From: Candidatus Heimdallarchaeota archaeon | GTDB lineage: Archaea > Asgardarchaeota > Heimdallarchaeia > Hodarchaeales > Hodarchaeaceae | Reading direction: 5' to 3' | DNA length: 64,000 bases | Assembly (NCBI GenBank): GCA_011364965.1 | Contig: RDOB01000007.1 | Location: forward strand, 62,335-126,334 | Shown: positions 10,576 through 19,793 of the stretch, piece after piece | How positions within the stretch are numbered: the first letter of the stretch is position 1 | How the letters are laid out: each line of letters begins with the position of its first letter | Notes under the pieces: generated by a model | Told to the model about the DNA's origin: nothing | Seen by the model: only the letters and a program-made list of their open reading frames with translations | The model's database searches: none | Position numbers and translations under genes: made by a program

Positions 10576-11046
10576 ATGCCGGAAAAACCTATGCTTACAG
10601 AAGATGAGTGGTTAGATAGACTAGCTATTGAGGCTCAAGAACTGGCTCGTGAACAGCCAACTTTTCGCCCTGTAAATAACGATTTAACTCATTGGAGAGG
10701 GGAGATTTTAGGATCAGGCCTTTATGAAGGTGGAGTCTTTTTTATTGAGATCCACATCCCAAGGAAGTACCCATTTGAACCCCCAAAAGTGCGTTTCAAA
10801 ACACCAATTTGGCATGTAAATATTTTCAAAGAAAAAGTTTGCGTGGGTATTTTAGGAAAGGATTGGAGCCCTGCTTACAGTTTAATCCAAGTAGTGGAAA
10901 CAATAAGGTTTCTATTGAATAGTCCGAATCCTGATGATCCTCTTAATGCTGCTGCTTCGCGTCAATGGAAGCGAAATCGTGAGGCATTTATTGATCAAGT
11001 TTCAGACTATATCACTAAATATGCCCACTGGAATCAGAGTTATTAA
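10576..11046 (+). CDS. Ubiquitin-conjugating enzyme E2 (eukaryote-like UBC)
   Basis: YEGGVF, YPFEPPKVRFKTPIWHVNI, catalytic VCVGIL, WSPA, PNPDDPLN. Confidence 0.93.
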   Translation: MPEKPMLTEDEWLDRLAIEAQELAREQPTFRPVNNDLTHWRGEILGSGLYEGGVFFIEIHIPRKYPFEPPKVRFKTPIWHVNIFKEKVCVGILGKDWSPAYSLIQVVETIRFLLNSPNPDDPLNAAASRQWKRNREAFIDQVSDYITKYAHWNQSY

Positions 11047-11068
11047 ATGCTGTAAGATTAGCTGTAAG

Positions 11069-12097
11069 TTATACACCACGATGAATCTCACGCTTAACTG
11101 CATATTTTGGTGGGTGTTCTAAACGAGCAAAAACATGTTCAGCACGAGTATCTTCTTGTAATCGTTTCAACCACGATAAGTCCTCTTCTGATTCTAATCC
11201 CCAGACAAACAGTGCTTTTTTATATCCAGTTTGCTCATATAAAACTGAGCTACGAATAGCACGAATAAGTTGTTCCCATCCAGAAGTATCTGGTTCTGGA
11301 TACATGGGGGAATATGGCATTATATGATAGATTACATAACCACTAATTTCGATAATCTTATCTAAGGAAATGCCAAAATGACGGGTAAAACCTGCATTCC
11401 ATTCAGTTTCTGGATCAACTGGAACTATCATTCCAACATTGAGTCCAGGTTGTTCGGTTTTAGCAGTTTCCACAGCTTCACGAAAAGCAGTTGTAATCAA
11501 TTCCGCACGCCATTCTTCAAACATTTGCATTACATGTGGTGCTTTTTGGATGTCAATATATGTCGTATCTAGGCTGACTCCTGAAATTTCAGAAAACTTT
11601 CGAATACTCCGTCGTGAAAAAGAATATTCTTGACGAGGGTAAAGAAATTCTTGAAAGTTCAGGGTTTCTATGGGATGTCGTGAAATTTCCCTCGCGATGT
11701 GATTCATATGTTTCCAATAACCTTCCATGGAAGGATCAACATAATCATGCACTTTTGTTCCATCAGAACGTACGATAGAATAATTACCATCTTGGCCTAA
11801 AAACGAATCTCCAAAAGCGTACGCAATTGCATGAGTTCTAATTCCCAGATCGTTTGCTAGTTCAGTAAAATCCGTAAAAAATTTTTCATAAATTGGATCG
11901 CTAGGAGCTGCCCCACTTCGATAGGTAACATACCCATCTTCCTTCTTACAGACTATAGCGACTTCTTCAAGAACTCCACCATATTCTGCTAGGAATGAGT
12001 TGGCTCCAGCAGCAGCAGGAGACTCACGAGCTGTTGGATCGATCACAGGAATAAATTTTTGATTAATTAACCCATCAATATTCACTTTCAATAACAT
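11069..12097 (-). CDS. Hypothetical protein, possible glycoside-hydrolase-like TIM barrel
   Basis: KKEDGYVTY, YVDPS, EWRAELIT and MPYSP resemble GHL10/DUF4015-type barrels; weak. Confidence 0.45.
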   Translation of the reverse strand: MLLKVNIDGLINQKFIPVIDPTARESPAAAGANSFLAEYGGVLEEVAIVCKKEDGYVTYRSGAAPSDPIYEKFFTDFTELANDLGIRTHAIAYAFGDSFLGQDGNYSIVRSDGTKVHDYVDPSMEGYWKHMNHIAREISRHPIETLNFQEFLYPRQEYSFSRRSIRKFSEISGVSLDTTYIDIQKAPHVMQMFEEWRAELITTAFREAVETAKTEQPGLNVGMIVPVDPETEWNAGFTRHFGISLDKIIEISGYVIYHIMPYSPMYPEPDTSGWEQLIRAIRSSVLYEQTGYKKALFVWGLESEEDLSWLKRLQEDTRAEHVFARLEHPPKYAVKREIHRGV

Positions 12098-12513
12098 CCA
12101 TTGCGAATCCTAATTTTTTAAATCTAATGAGGAAATAAATGCATTTCCGTATCATAAATATTGTTTGGTCTCGTAAGATAATCTCATTTGTTGAATTAAA
12201 GGCAAAATATTCTCGCAGGGATTATCCATAATTATGCTTCTTATTTGTTATTATATTTTATTTATCTTTTTTATTAGTAAACTAAACTCTACTAATTAGA
12301 ATTTTTAAACCTAAGTTCTATTATTTAATAAGCAAAAAAATAATTAAATCATTTCTAGTTTCGATAGAAGTCAATTTTAGTTTGCTAAAATAAAAACCTA
12401 AACACAGACTTTTATTTCTCCTCCCTCAACGAAAAGGATTAAAAAATACTCATTCTAAGACAGAGCGATTAGCATTATATAATACATTTAATTAAGAATA
12501 AAGGTGATAACTT

Positions 12514-13461
12514 ATGAGTAGGATCATAGAATGGAGCCAAGGGGTTTATCGATTTATAGATGACGTTGGTAAGGGAGGTGAGGAGTATGCCAGCTATTTG
12601 GTCCTAGGTGATGATCAAATTGCCCTAATTGACATTCCAACGCGCTCTCTAGGGAAAGATATAATTTCTTACGTCAAAAAAATAGGACGAGATCCCTCCG
12701 CGATTAAATATTTGGTTTTAACACATTCTCATCCTGATCACTGGGCAGGAATCGATTCCTTGGCGAAAATAAAACCCGAAATCTGGATACATGAGGCGGG
12801 GATTAAAGCTTTGACCGAGGGGCAAAAATATATTCTGCAAACCCAGTTCCATCAAGCCTCACGGTTCAGTTTAGCAATGAAATCCTCTCTATTCTCCAAA
12901 ATCAGTAAAATTGACGAAAAATTCATCCATCCTTTTTCTAGCAGTGAAACACTTGAGCTTGGAGGGGAATCACTTATTCTTCAACATACTGGAGGGCATT
13001 CTGCTGATTCCATTTTAATTCAAGCATATCGGGGACAATGCACATTTATTGGAGATGAAGGTAATATTTATCCTGATCAGCCTGCAGCTTTCTATTTAGA
13101 CGCAACAGGAGATTCTAAAAAGCGCTTAAAACTTCTAGAACTTCTTAAAAATGTCCGTACAGAAGTGATTTGTCCTTCTCATCAAAGTCCTGTTCCGAAA
13201 CCTACCGACATGTATATTCATAACCTAATTTTCGAACATAATCACACAAAAGATACATTATATGATCTTTTACTAAGTGTTGGGCAATCAAAAGTACATT
13301 ATCTCTCTGAGGAGTATCAAAACACCTTGGGAATATCTTGGAAAACGCCTTTCGATGAATTGGGTGTTGCTGAAACCACTGTTACCGTTTTCATGAATGA
13401 GCTGAAAAAAGAAGGAAAAGTGGATTATGAATCGCATAATGAACGCTGGAAAGTAGTGTGA
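12514..13461 (+). CDS. MBL-fold metallo-hydrolase
   Basis: LTHSHPDH, TGGHS, FIGD and CPSH metal ligands. Confidence 0.88.
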   Translation: MSRIIEWSQGVYRFIDDVGKGGEEYASYLVLGDDQIALIDIPTRSLGKDIISYVKKIGRDPSAIKYLVLTHSHPDHWAGIDSLAKIKPEIWIHEAGIKALTEGQKYILQTQFHQASRFSLAMKSSLFSKISKIDEKFIHPFSSSETLELGGESLILQHTGGHSADSILIQAYRGQCTFIGDEGNIYPDQPAAFYLDATGDSKKRLKLLELLKNVRTEVICPSHQSPVPKPTDMYIHNLIFEHNHTKDTLYDLLLSVGQSKVHYLSEEYQNTLGISWKTPFDELGVAETTVTVFMNELKKEGKVDYESHNERWKVV

Positions 13462-13473
13462 GAATAGTACCAC

Positions 13474-13920
13474 TTATTCAGTGAACCAAGCAGATTCTGA
13501 TACTATATCGATATCAATAGAGATCCATTTTTCTTCAGGATGACCTTTTTTTGTCTCTAATAATAATCTGAGATAAATAAAAGTTTCAGGCGAATAAAGG
13601 TAAATCTCCCATGAATGCCCAGAAATAATTTTAAACTCTTTATAACCTGTATTACTGATATCTCCAGATGTAATTGTGAAATGGATTACTTCTCCCTGAA
13701 TTTCCTCCAATTTAGCTTCAATTACATTGAGAAGTTCAGGAATTAGGTACTCTAGAGGAGTTTCAAAAGATGGGTGAATATTCCAAGAGATTATTGTATT
13801 GTTATTTCTTTGCTTTTTTTTTACCTGATGGGTTCGACTTCTATCGTAATGAAACGAGGCTATTTTTGATTCGATTATAGTTACCAACTGCTTGATGACG
13901 TCTTGTTCATAAGTATCCAT
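13474..13920 (-). CDS. Hypothetical protein
   Basis: 148-aa ORF co-oriented with and tightly packed behind the RING gene. Confidence 0.55.
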   Translation of the reverse strand: MDTYEQDVIKQLVTIIESKIASFHYDRSRTHQVKKKQRNNNTIISWNIHPSFETPLEYLIPELLNVIEAKLEEIQGEVIHFTITSGDISNTGYKEFKIISGHSWEIYLYSPETFIYLRLLLETKKGHPEEKWISIDIDIVSESAWFTE

Positions 13921-13931
13921 CTTGGAACCTG

Positions 13932-14294
13932 CTATAAGGGCTGTTTACAATAAGGACAGTACTTCTTTGTCGCGAGCCATCTAAGCATATGCTCTTGGTG
14001 AGCTTTTTGATGGCAATTTGGGCATTCCATAATTTTATCTACATCTTTATAAGAATCTATTGGTTTCCAACATATCATACAACGAATTTTTTCAAATGGA
14101 TCCCATTCACCAATTGTTTTTCCTTTTAAAATGAATCTTGTTTGATTTGACTTATTTTTCGTCAAACTAGCCCAAAACGACCTATCAGGAGTTGAATTTT
14201 TACTCATCAATTGTGAAGGACGTAAAATATATTTATTATTCTTATAAGACATTGTTTTATCCATCCTTATCGATCTGATCATGCAATTTCTCAA
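13932..14294 (-). CDS. RING-finger protein (candidate E3 ligase); start may be a later Met
   Basis: CMIC...CPNCHQKAHQEH...WL....YCPYC. Confidence 0.8.
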   Translation of the reverse strand: MRNCMIRSIRMDKTMSYKNNKYILRPSQLMSKNSTPDRSFWASLTKNKSNQTRFILKGKTIGEWDPFEKIRCMICWKPIDSYKDVDKIMECPNCHQKAHQEHMLRWLATKKYCPYCKQPL

Positions 14295-14637
14295 GTATTA
14301 TAGCGAGTTCTTCTTTTAATGCAACTAAATCTGCTTTTTCGATCATTAGATAAGATGAAGCTTCTGATTGTAACTCTTGCACTTCCTTCTCCTTTTTGGC
14401 CATATAATTGACAAGATTGGCTATTGAGTTGCCAATCGAAGACAGGATATCACTTTGTTTGTTAATTATTTTATGCAATTCTACTATCTGTTCATTTATT
14501 CTTGAGAAGTCTTTTTCAAAATCAGTTGAATCTGGTTTTACTAAATTTATAGCTGTTTCGAGACCTTTGATCGTAGGTACTTCCCCTTTAGGAGTCTTAA
14601 GGGTTTCGATTTCAACTTCTCGGGACTCTTTTACCAT
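14257..14637 (-). CDS. Coiled-coil hypothetical protein
   Basis: Heptad-like L/I periodicity over the C-terminal two thirds. Confidence 0.6.
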   Translation of the reverse strand: MVKESREVEIETLKTPKGEVPTIKGLETAINLVKPDSTDFEKDFSRINEQIVELHKIINKQSDILSSIGNSIANLVNYMAKKEKEVQELQSEASSYLMIEKADLVALKEELAIILEKLHDQIDKDG

Positions 14638-14862
14638 TTGCTTTCAATTTAATACAAAGCTAGTTGGATTACAAAAAGATAATCTTATTGAGTAAGGGAA
14701 AATAAGCTAAGTAAGTTTTTTTCAAAATGCCTTCGAATGGAATTTCTTTTAAACACTGATACCTTTAATGGTAAATTGAAGCTCAGATATCACTTAATAC
14801 AGTGTTAAATCCTTTTTTTCGTAAATAATTTTTAAAAAAATCTTATAAGGGTAGATGTATGA

Positions 14863-15432
14863 ATGCAAAAAAAGACAGATGAAATCTATTCTGTTATTTT
14901 ACTCGGAACTAGCGGAGTAGGTAAATCTACTATTGCATTCTACCTCGAACATGGCTATCCCCCTCCAAGGAGCATCCGTCCTACAATTGCTTTTGGAATA
15001 ACGCATATAGTTATAAATGGAGCGGTTTTAAGCTTAATTGATGTCGGAGGCCAGAGAAAATTTCTAGATATGCGTTTTCATGAACGATTTGTGAGAAGTG
15101 CTGACGGTTTGGTATTTGTAATGGATAGTTCACGGAAGGACTTCAAAGTGGACGAGGAATGGCTTCATCATGCTTTAAGTTTAATGTCTCCCGACATTCC
15201 AATGATCGTAATTGCTAATAAACAGGATTTACCTTCTGCTTTATCTCCAGATTTCTTGGAGGAACACTTACTGCGTGATACCTTGAAAAATCATTTTTAT
15301 AAGGTTTTTGGAACTGTTGCTGCTGATCCCGGAGGCGTTCGCAGTGGGGAAAACGTAGAGTTAGCTTTTCATTACCTTGCCACAGAGATGAATTCTAAAA
15401 GAAAAATAATCTACCAAAAAGAACAGATTTGA
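14863..15432 (+). CDS. Arf/Sar-like small GTPase
   Basis: GTSGVGKS, PT, DVGGQ and ANKQD motifs. Confidence 0.9.
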   Translation: MQKKTDEIYSVILLGTSGVGKSTIAFYLEHGYPPPRSIRPTIAFGITHIVINGAVLSLIDVGGQRKFLDMRFHERFVRSADGLVFVMDSSRKDFKVDEEWLHHALSLMSPDIPMIVIANKQDLPSALSPDFLEEHLLRDTLKNHFYKVFGTVAADPGGVRSGENVELAFHYLATEMNSKRKIIYQKEQI

Positions 15433-15447
15433 TGAGAGGATAGATTT

Positions 15448-16236
15448 ATGTTCGAAAAAGTGCGTGTAACTACGGGGATTCCTTATCTAGATGCTTTGAC
15501 CCAAGGAGGATTTATTAAAGGCAGTACTAACCTCGTAATTGGACCTGCTGGAGCTGGGAAAACTATCTGTGGACTCCATTTCCTCTTGGAGGGTGCTAAA
15601 AAGAATGAAAACGGCTTACTTGTTGCTATGCAAGAACCCCCTTGGGCTATCAGACGAGATGCAAGTAATTTTACTTTTTTCGATCATAATTACTTTGTTG
15701 AACCAGAAAAGGTAGTTATGTTAGATTTCACACCCTCTGGCTGGGAATTATGGGATCCTGACAGCTTATCATATGCTGAAGGATCAGAAATGATATTAGA
15801 GGCTGAAGGAGTACCTTATGACGAAACTTCTCTTCCAACTTTTCTACATAAAGTCTTTTATCACATCTCTGAAGTAATTGAAGAAAAGAAAATAGAAAGG
15901 GTTGTAATAGATCCCCTGGCTGCATTCCGGTTTTATGATTATGGGAATGATTATGGATTCCTCAGAAAACTCACTACAGGTTTCCTTACAAATATAGCTT
16001 CATTAAATGTTACTACTGTTGCTATTTCTGAATTAGCAAGTAGTTCAGAGCAATCTCTCTTTGGAGAGGAGTATATTGCAGATTCTATTTTTCATTTAGA
16101 TATGCTTTCAGTAAGAGGGGAGCTAGTGCGTATCCTTCGTATAAGTAAGATGCGTGGGACAAACCATTCCACTAAAACATTGAGGTATAAAATCACAAAT
16201 AATGGGATAACTTTTATTGAACCAGAAGATGAATAA
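15448..16236 (+). CDS. KaiC/RAD55-family RecA-superfamily ATPase
   Basis: TGIPYLD..GG, GPAGAGKT, RVVIDP, ISKMRGT. Confidence 0.88.
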   Translation: MFEKVRVTTGIPYLDALTQGGFIKGSTNLVIGPAGAGKTICGLHFLLEGAKKNENGLLVAMQEPPWAIRRDASNFTFFDHNYFVEPEKVVMLDFTPSGWELWDPDSLSYAEGSEMILEAEGVPYDETSLPTFLHKVFYHISEVIEEKKIERVVIDPLAAFRFYDYGNDYGFLRKLTTGFLTNIASLNVTTVAISELASSSEQSLFGEEYIADSIFHLDMLSVRGELVRILRISKMRGTNHSTKTLRYKITNNGITFIEPEDE

Positions 16237-16334
16237 AGATACCCAATAACTAGGGATTTCATTCCTCATTCAAAGCATTTTAAAAGTAGATATTAGATTT
16301 CAATTATCAAATTACTAGACCGAAGGAATGAAAA

Positions 16335-16568
16335 ATGCAAATTACCATTGTTCAAGCCATTGGCGGCGGAGAAATAACTCTGGATTGTGAAAAAACAAAC
16401 TCAATTGCTGCGATTAAAGATCAAGTTGCCCGAGAGAAAAAAATTCCTGCTCGCTCCGTCATTTTAGTATTCCAAGGAAAACAATTAGATGAAAGTGAAA
16501 CATTGAAATCTGCTGGAATAGAAGATATGGACAAACTTTACATGATCACACGGACAACAGGAGGATAG
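16335..16568 (+). CDS. Ubiquitin-like modifier
   Basis: 77 aa, beta-grasp pattern LVFQGKQLD, exposed C-terminal TTGG. Confidence 0.92.
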   Translation: MQITIVQAIGGGEITLDCEKTNSIAAIKDQVAREKKIPARSVILVFQGKQLDESETLKSAGIEDMDKLYMITRTTGG

Positions 16569-16601
16569 ATTTTAAAATAGTTTTTTCTCGTCCTACTCCA
16601 T

Positions 16602-17597
16602 ATGAGCGGGAGATACCATAGACAACAATTAATTGATAAATGGGATCAAGAAAAGGTTACTGAAAGTACAGTAGCAATTATTGGGATGGGAGCTTTAGGT
16701 ACGGTCGCTGCTGCCTCACTAGCCATGGGTGGTGTGGGTCATTTAATTTTGGTTGATTTAGATACAGTTGAAATAAGTAATTTAAATCGGCAGTTATTCT
16801 ATCGAAGTACGGATGTAAATAAACCTAAAGTTGAAGTAAGTGCAAAAATTCTAGAGCAGATTAATCCTGATATTAAAATTACTCCGCTCAACATGCCAAT
16901 TGAGGAAGTTTCAACAGAAATTTTATCAAAATGCAACGTAATTGCTGCAGGTCTGGACACATTTCAAACTAGAAGATGGGTTAATTCCTTCGTTGTGTCT
17001 CACAACATTCCCTTAGTTTCTGGAGGAATGTATGGCTTCTATGGAAATATTCAGGTTATTATGCCAAAAGAAACAGCTTGCATAGAATGTCAAACACTCA
17101 TTCCTGAACATGAATTACAAAAGGCTTGCACACCATTCGGGGAGGTTCGAAAAGCAATTAGAGGGGAAGAGGAAGTAGATGCATATCAACCTGCTGTATC
17201 TAGCGTTTCGTTTGTTATTGGGGGTTTAATGGCTCAAGAAGTATTTAAAATAGTTTTAGGACTAAAACCTCTTTCTGAATACTTATTCTGGGATGGAGAT
17301 GCTGGAGTTTTTACTTCCTTGGCATTACAAAGGCGTGAAAATTGTATTATATGTTCAGATCATTATCAACTTCGCGAAACAATAATTCACTCCCCCTCAG
17401 ACCAAACCCTCCTAGATTTTGCCAATCAATTGCGCTACTCCTTTAATCTTGGTCCAAATATGCGAATTCTCTATAAAGCTAAAGAAATCGCTCTTACAAG
17501 TGATTACATGAATACAATTTTCCAATCTGGAGCAATTTTTCGTGTAGTTGACCCTTTACTCTCTTTCCCGGCCAAATTCAAAGTAATTTTGGATTAA
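16602..17597 (+). CDS. Ubiquitin-activating enzyme E1 (ThiF fold plus C-terminal UFD-like domain)
   Basis: GMGALG, DLDTVEISNLNRQ, CIEC and CIIC Zn site, KACT candidate catalytic Cys; directly after the ubiquitin gene. Confidence 0.9.
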   Translation: MSGRYHRQQLIDKWDQEKVTESTVAIIGMGALGTVAAASLAMGGVGHLILVDLDTVEISNLNRQLFYRSTDVNKPKVEVSAKILEQINPDIKITPLNMPIEEVSTEILSKCNVIAAGLDTFQTRRWVNSFVVSHNIPLVSGGMYGFYGNIQVIMPKETACIECQTLIPEHELQKACTPFGEVRKAIRGEEEVDAYQPAVSSVSFVIGGLMAQEVFKIVLGLKPLSEYLFWDGDAGVFTSLALQRRENCIICSDHYQLRETIIHSPSDQTLLDFANQLRYSFNLGPNMRILYKAKEIALTSDYMNTIFQSGAIFRVVDPLLSFPAKFKVILD

Positions 17598-17621
17598 AAT
17601 ACCCTTACTTTAATCTTTTTA

Positions 17622-18368
17622 TTAGATTAAAGCAGGTAGGAAATAGAATACAATGAAAAAAAATGCCACAACTGCTCCAATACCATAGGAGTAATATCGA
17701 TTAAGGAGATGTAAAGATTGTATTCCATTTCCACAATGATAAGCAGAAAGGCCTATAAAGTATAAATATATTAAATCAAAAAAAACGTAACTTCGCCAAG
17801 TATCTGTACTAATTGTTGATATCCCCGGACCAATAATTCCGATTAATAAACTCACAACCAAGGATCCCATTATTAGTGGTCCTAAAGAATACCCGACTAG
17901 TCTATTGGTAAAACGAAACCCTGCTTTTCCTCCAAGTAATTTTGCTATTAACCAAATTGCAATGCTGACTGCATACCATCCAAAAAGCGCAAGAGGAAAA
18001 AAAGCAATCCAAATTATTAATGGAGCTAATAAAAAATACCAGAAATGAAAATCATGCCATGAAGGGTTTGCAGCTTTAAGGGCTAATGCTCCTAGCCTCA
18101 TTGAATAAGTAATTGAGATTAAAATCAGAACAATAAAAATCCCCTTCCTATCAGGATTGACTGCGATCTCATTAAAAAGACGTGGACTAAGTCTAGGATC
18201 ATATAGACTCCGAAAGATGCGTAAAAAGCTTTCCCGAAGCGTAATATTTGTTCTTTCTCTAGCTCGAACGATTTTAGTCAGGTCGTACCCACAATAAGGA
18301 CATAGAATATATCCACCAGGACTTCTTTCACTGCAGTTTGGACAGACGATCGATTCGGAACTTGACAT
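17622..18368 (-). CDS. Zinc-ribbon plus Yip1-family membrane protein
   Basis: CPNC...CPYCG, then about 5 TM with AKLLGGKAGF...VGYSLGP, a Yip1-like motif. Confidence 0.7.
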   Translation of the reverse strand: MSSSESIVCPNCSERSPGGYILCPYCGYDLTKIVRARERTNITLRESFLRIFRSLYDPRLSPRLFNEIAVNPDRKGIFIVLILISITYSMRLGALALKAANPSWHDFHFWYFLLAPLIIWIAFFPLALFGWYAVSIAIWLIAKLLGGKAGFRFTNRLVGYSLGPLIMGSLVVSLLIGIIGPGISTISTDTWRSYVFFDLIYLYFIGLSAYHCGNGIQSLHLLNRYYSYGIGAVVAFFFIVFYFLPALI

Positions 18369-18545
18369 TAATCTTACCTCTTAGGGAAGCTTACTACTAT
18401 TTTTTCGTATTTACTATTCTTAACCATTTCCCAACTGAGTATTTGCCAAACCCTTTCCAGAGAAACCTTAAAAGCACTTTTCAATTCTCAATTAATACTT
18501 ACTTACTTTTGGAAAATTTAACATAATATTTGGAGTGTAAAACAC

Positions 18546-19565
18546 ATGAGTGATTTTCTTTTTGGACCTATTGGTGAAAAATTACTGGAATTAATACAAA
18601 GCTTTTCTAATCCCGTTTTAGATTTATATTTTGGCATTATTACAACCCTAGGTGATACCCTACCGATTCTTATCATAATTATTCTTCTTTATTACACAAT
18701 TAATAAAGAATTTATAAATAAAGTGATTTATGTACTTATTTTTTCTGCTCATTTGAATACTGTCGCCAAAATTATCTTTCATAACCCAAGACCGTTTCAA
18801 TATGATATAAAATACCAAAAAATAACTAACGTGTTCGGTATGGAAACTACGTGGAGTGCTGGGGGATATTCTTTTCCCTCAGGACATTCAAACACGCAAG
18901 GCGCCTTTTGGGGATATGTTTTTTCCCGCTATAGAACACCAGTATATATAATATTAGGATTCCTCCTTCTTACCACCATCCCACTTTCTCGAACATATCT
19001 TGGAGTTCATTGGCCTAGTGATATACTTATAGGAGTGTTATTTGGATTATTAATAGCTTATTCTTTCCTATATGCCGAAAAAAGGTATGGTGAGTCTCTC
19101 CGCAACCAATCAAATGGAAAAAAGATAATATTAGGTTTTTGCGCAAGTTTTGGATTGTTAATCCTTGGATTAATTGCATTATTTTTAGGTACAATATTAC
19201 CATTCAATCAACAGATCTTGATCACTGATCCTTTTGTTTGGGATGAGGCAAATATTGGAACATATCCTGGAATTCTTGCTGGGTTTATTGCTGGGCAAGT
19301 TTTAGAAAAAAAATATGTGGATTTTAAAATCAGAAGAGAAAATAAAAAAATCATTGCTATACGTTCAATAATTGGTTTAGTCACAGTTATTGTGTTATAT
19401 TTGGTAGCTGGAAAAATTGAGGATCTTGCTACTGAGTTTTCAGATCAAATTGCTTGGAGTACAACGATAGCTAATTATTTCTCATATCTATTGATTGCTT
19501 TCTTTTTAGCATTTATAATCCCGTGGATATTTACAAAAATCGAATCTCTTATTTTTTCTGATTAA
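18546..19565 (+). CDS. PAP2-family membrane phosphatase
   Basis: KxxxxxPRP, SFPSGH and SRTYLGVHWPSD motifs. Confidence 0.92.
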   Translation: MSDFLFGPIGEKLLELIQSFSNPVLDLYFGIITTLGDTLPILIIIILLYYTINKEFINKVIYVLIFSAHLNTVAKIIFHNPRPFQYDIKYQKITNVFGMETTWSAGGYSFPSGHSNTQGAFWGYVFSRYRTPVYIILGFLLLTTIPLSRTYLGVHWPSDILIGVLFGLLIAYSFLYAEKRYGESLRNQSNGKKIILGFCASFGLLILGLIALFLGTILPFNQQILITDPFVWDEANIGTYPGILAGFIAGQVLEKKYVDFKIRRENKKIIAIRSIIGLVTVIVLYLVAGKIEDLATEFSDQIAWSTTIANYFSYLLIAFFLAFIIPWIFTKIESLIFSD

Positions 19566-19793
19566 TTACCCTTTTCTTTTTCCTTTTTTTAATTTTTATA
19601 GTTAAGATTCGGTTTTTTGAATAATTTTAGACCTCTAATTTAATATGTCTCTAATTATCATCACTTTCGAAAAGAAATACGACTTTTTCTGAAAACTTCA
19701 CCTGAATTGAATTTTTTAGTAAATGTAAACCCTTAAAGTAGAAAACTGAATATAATCACCTCGAGAATAATGTAAAATTAATAACGTTTAAAT

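Noticed and set aside
15448-16236. Circadian clock KaiC
   Set aside because: Single-domain archaeal KaiC/RAD55-type ATPase; no KaiA or KaiB in the window
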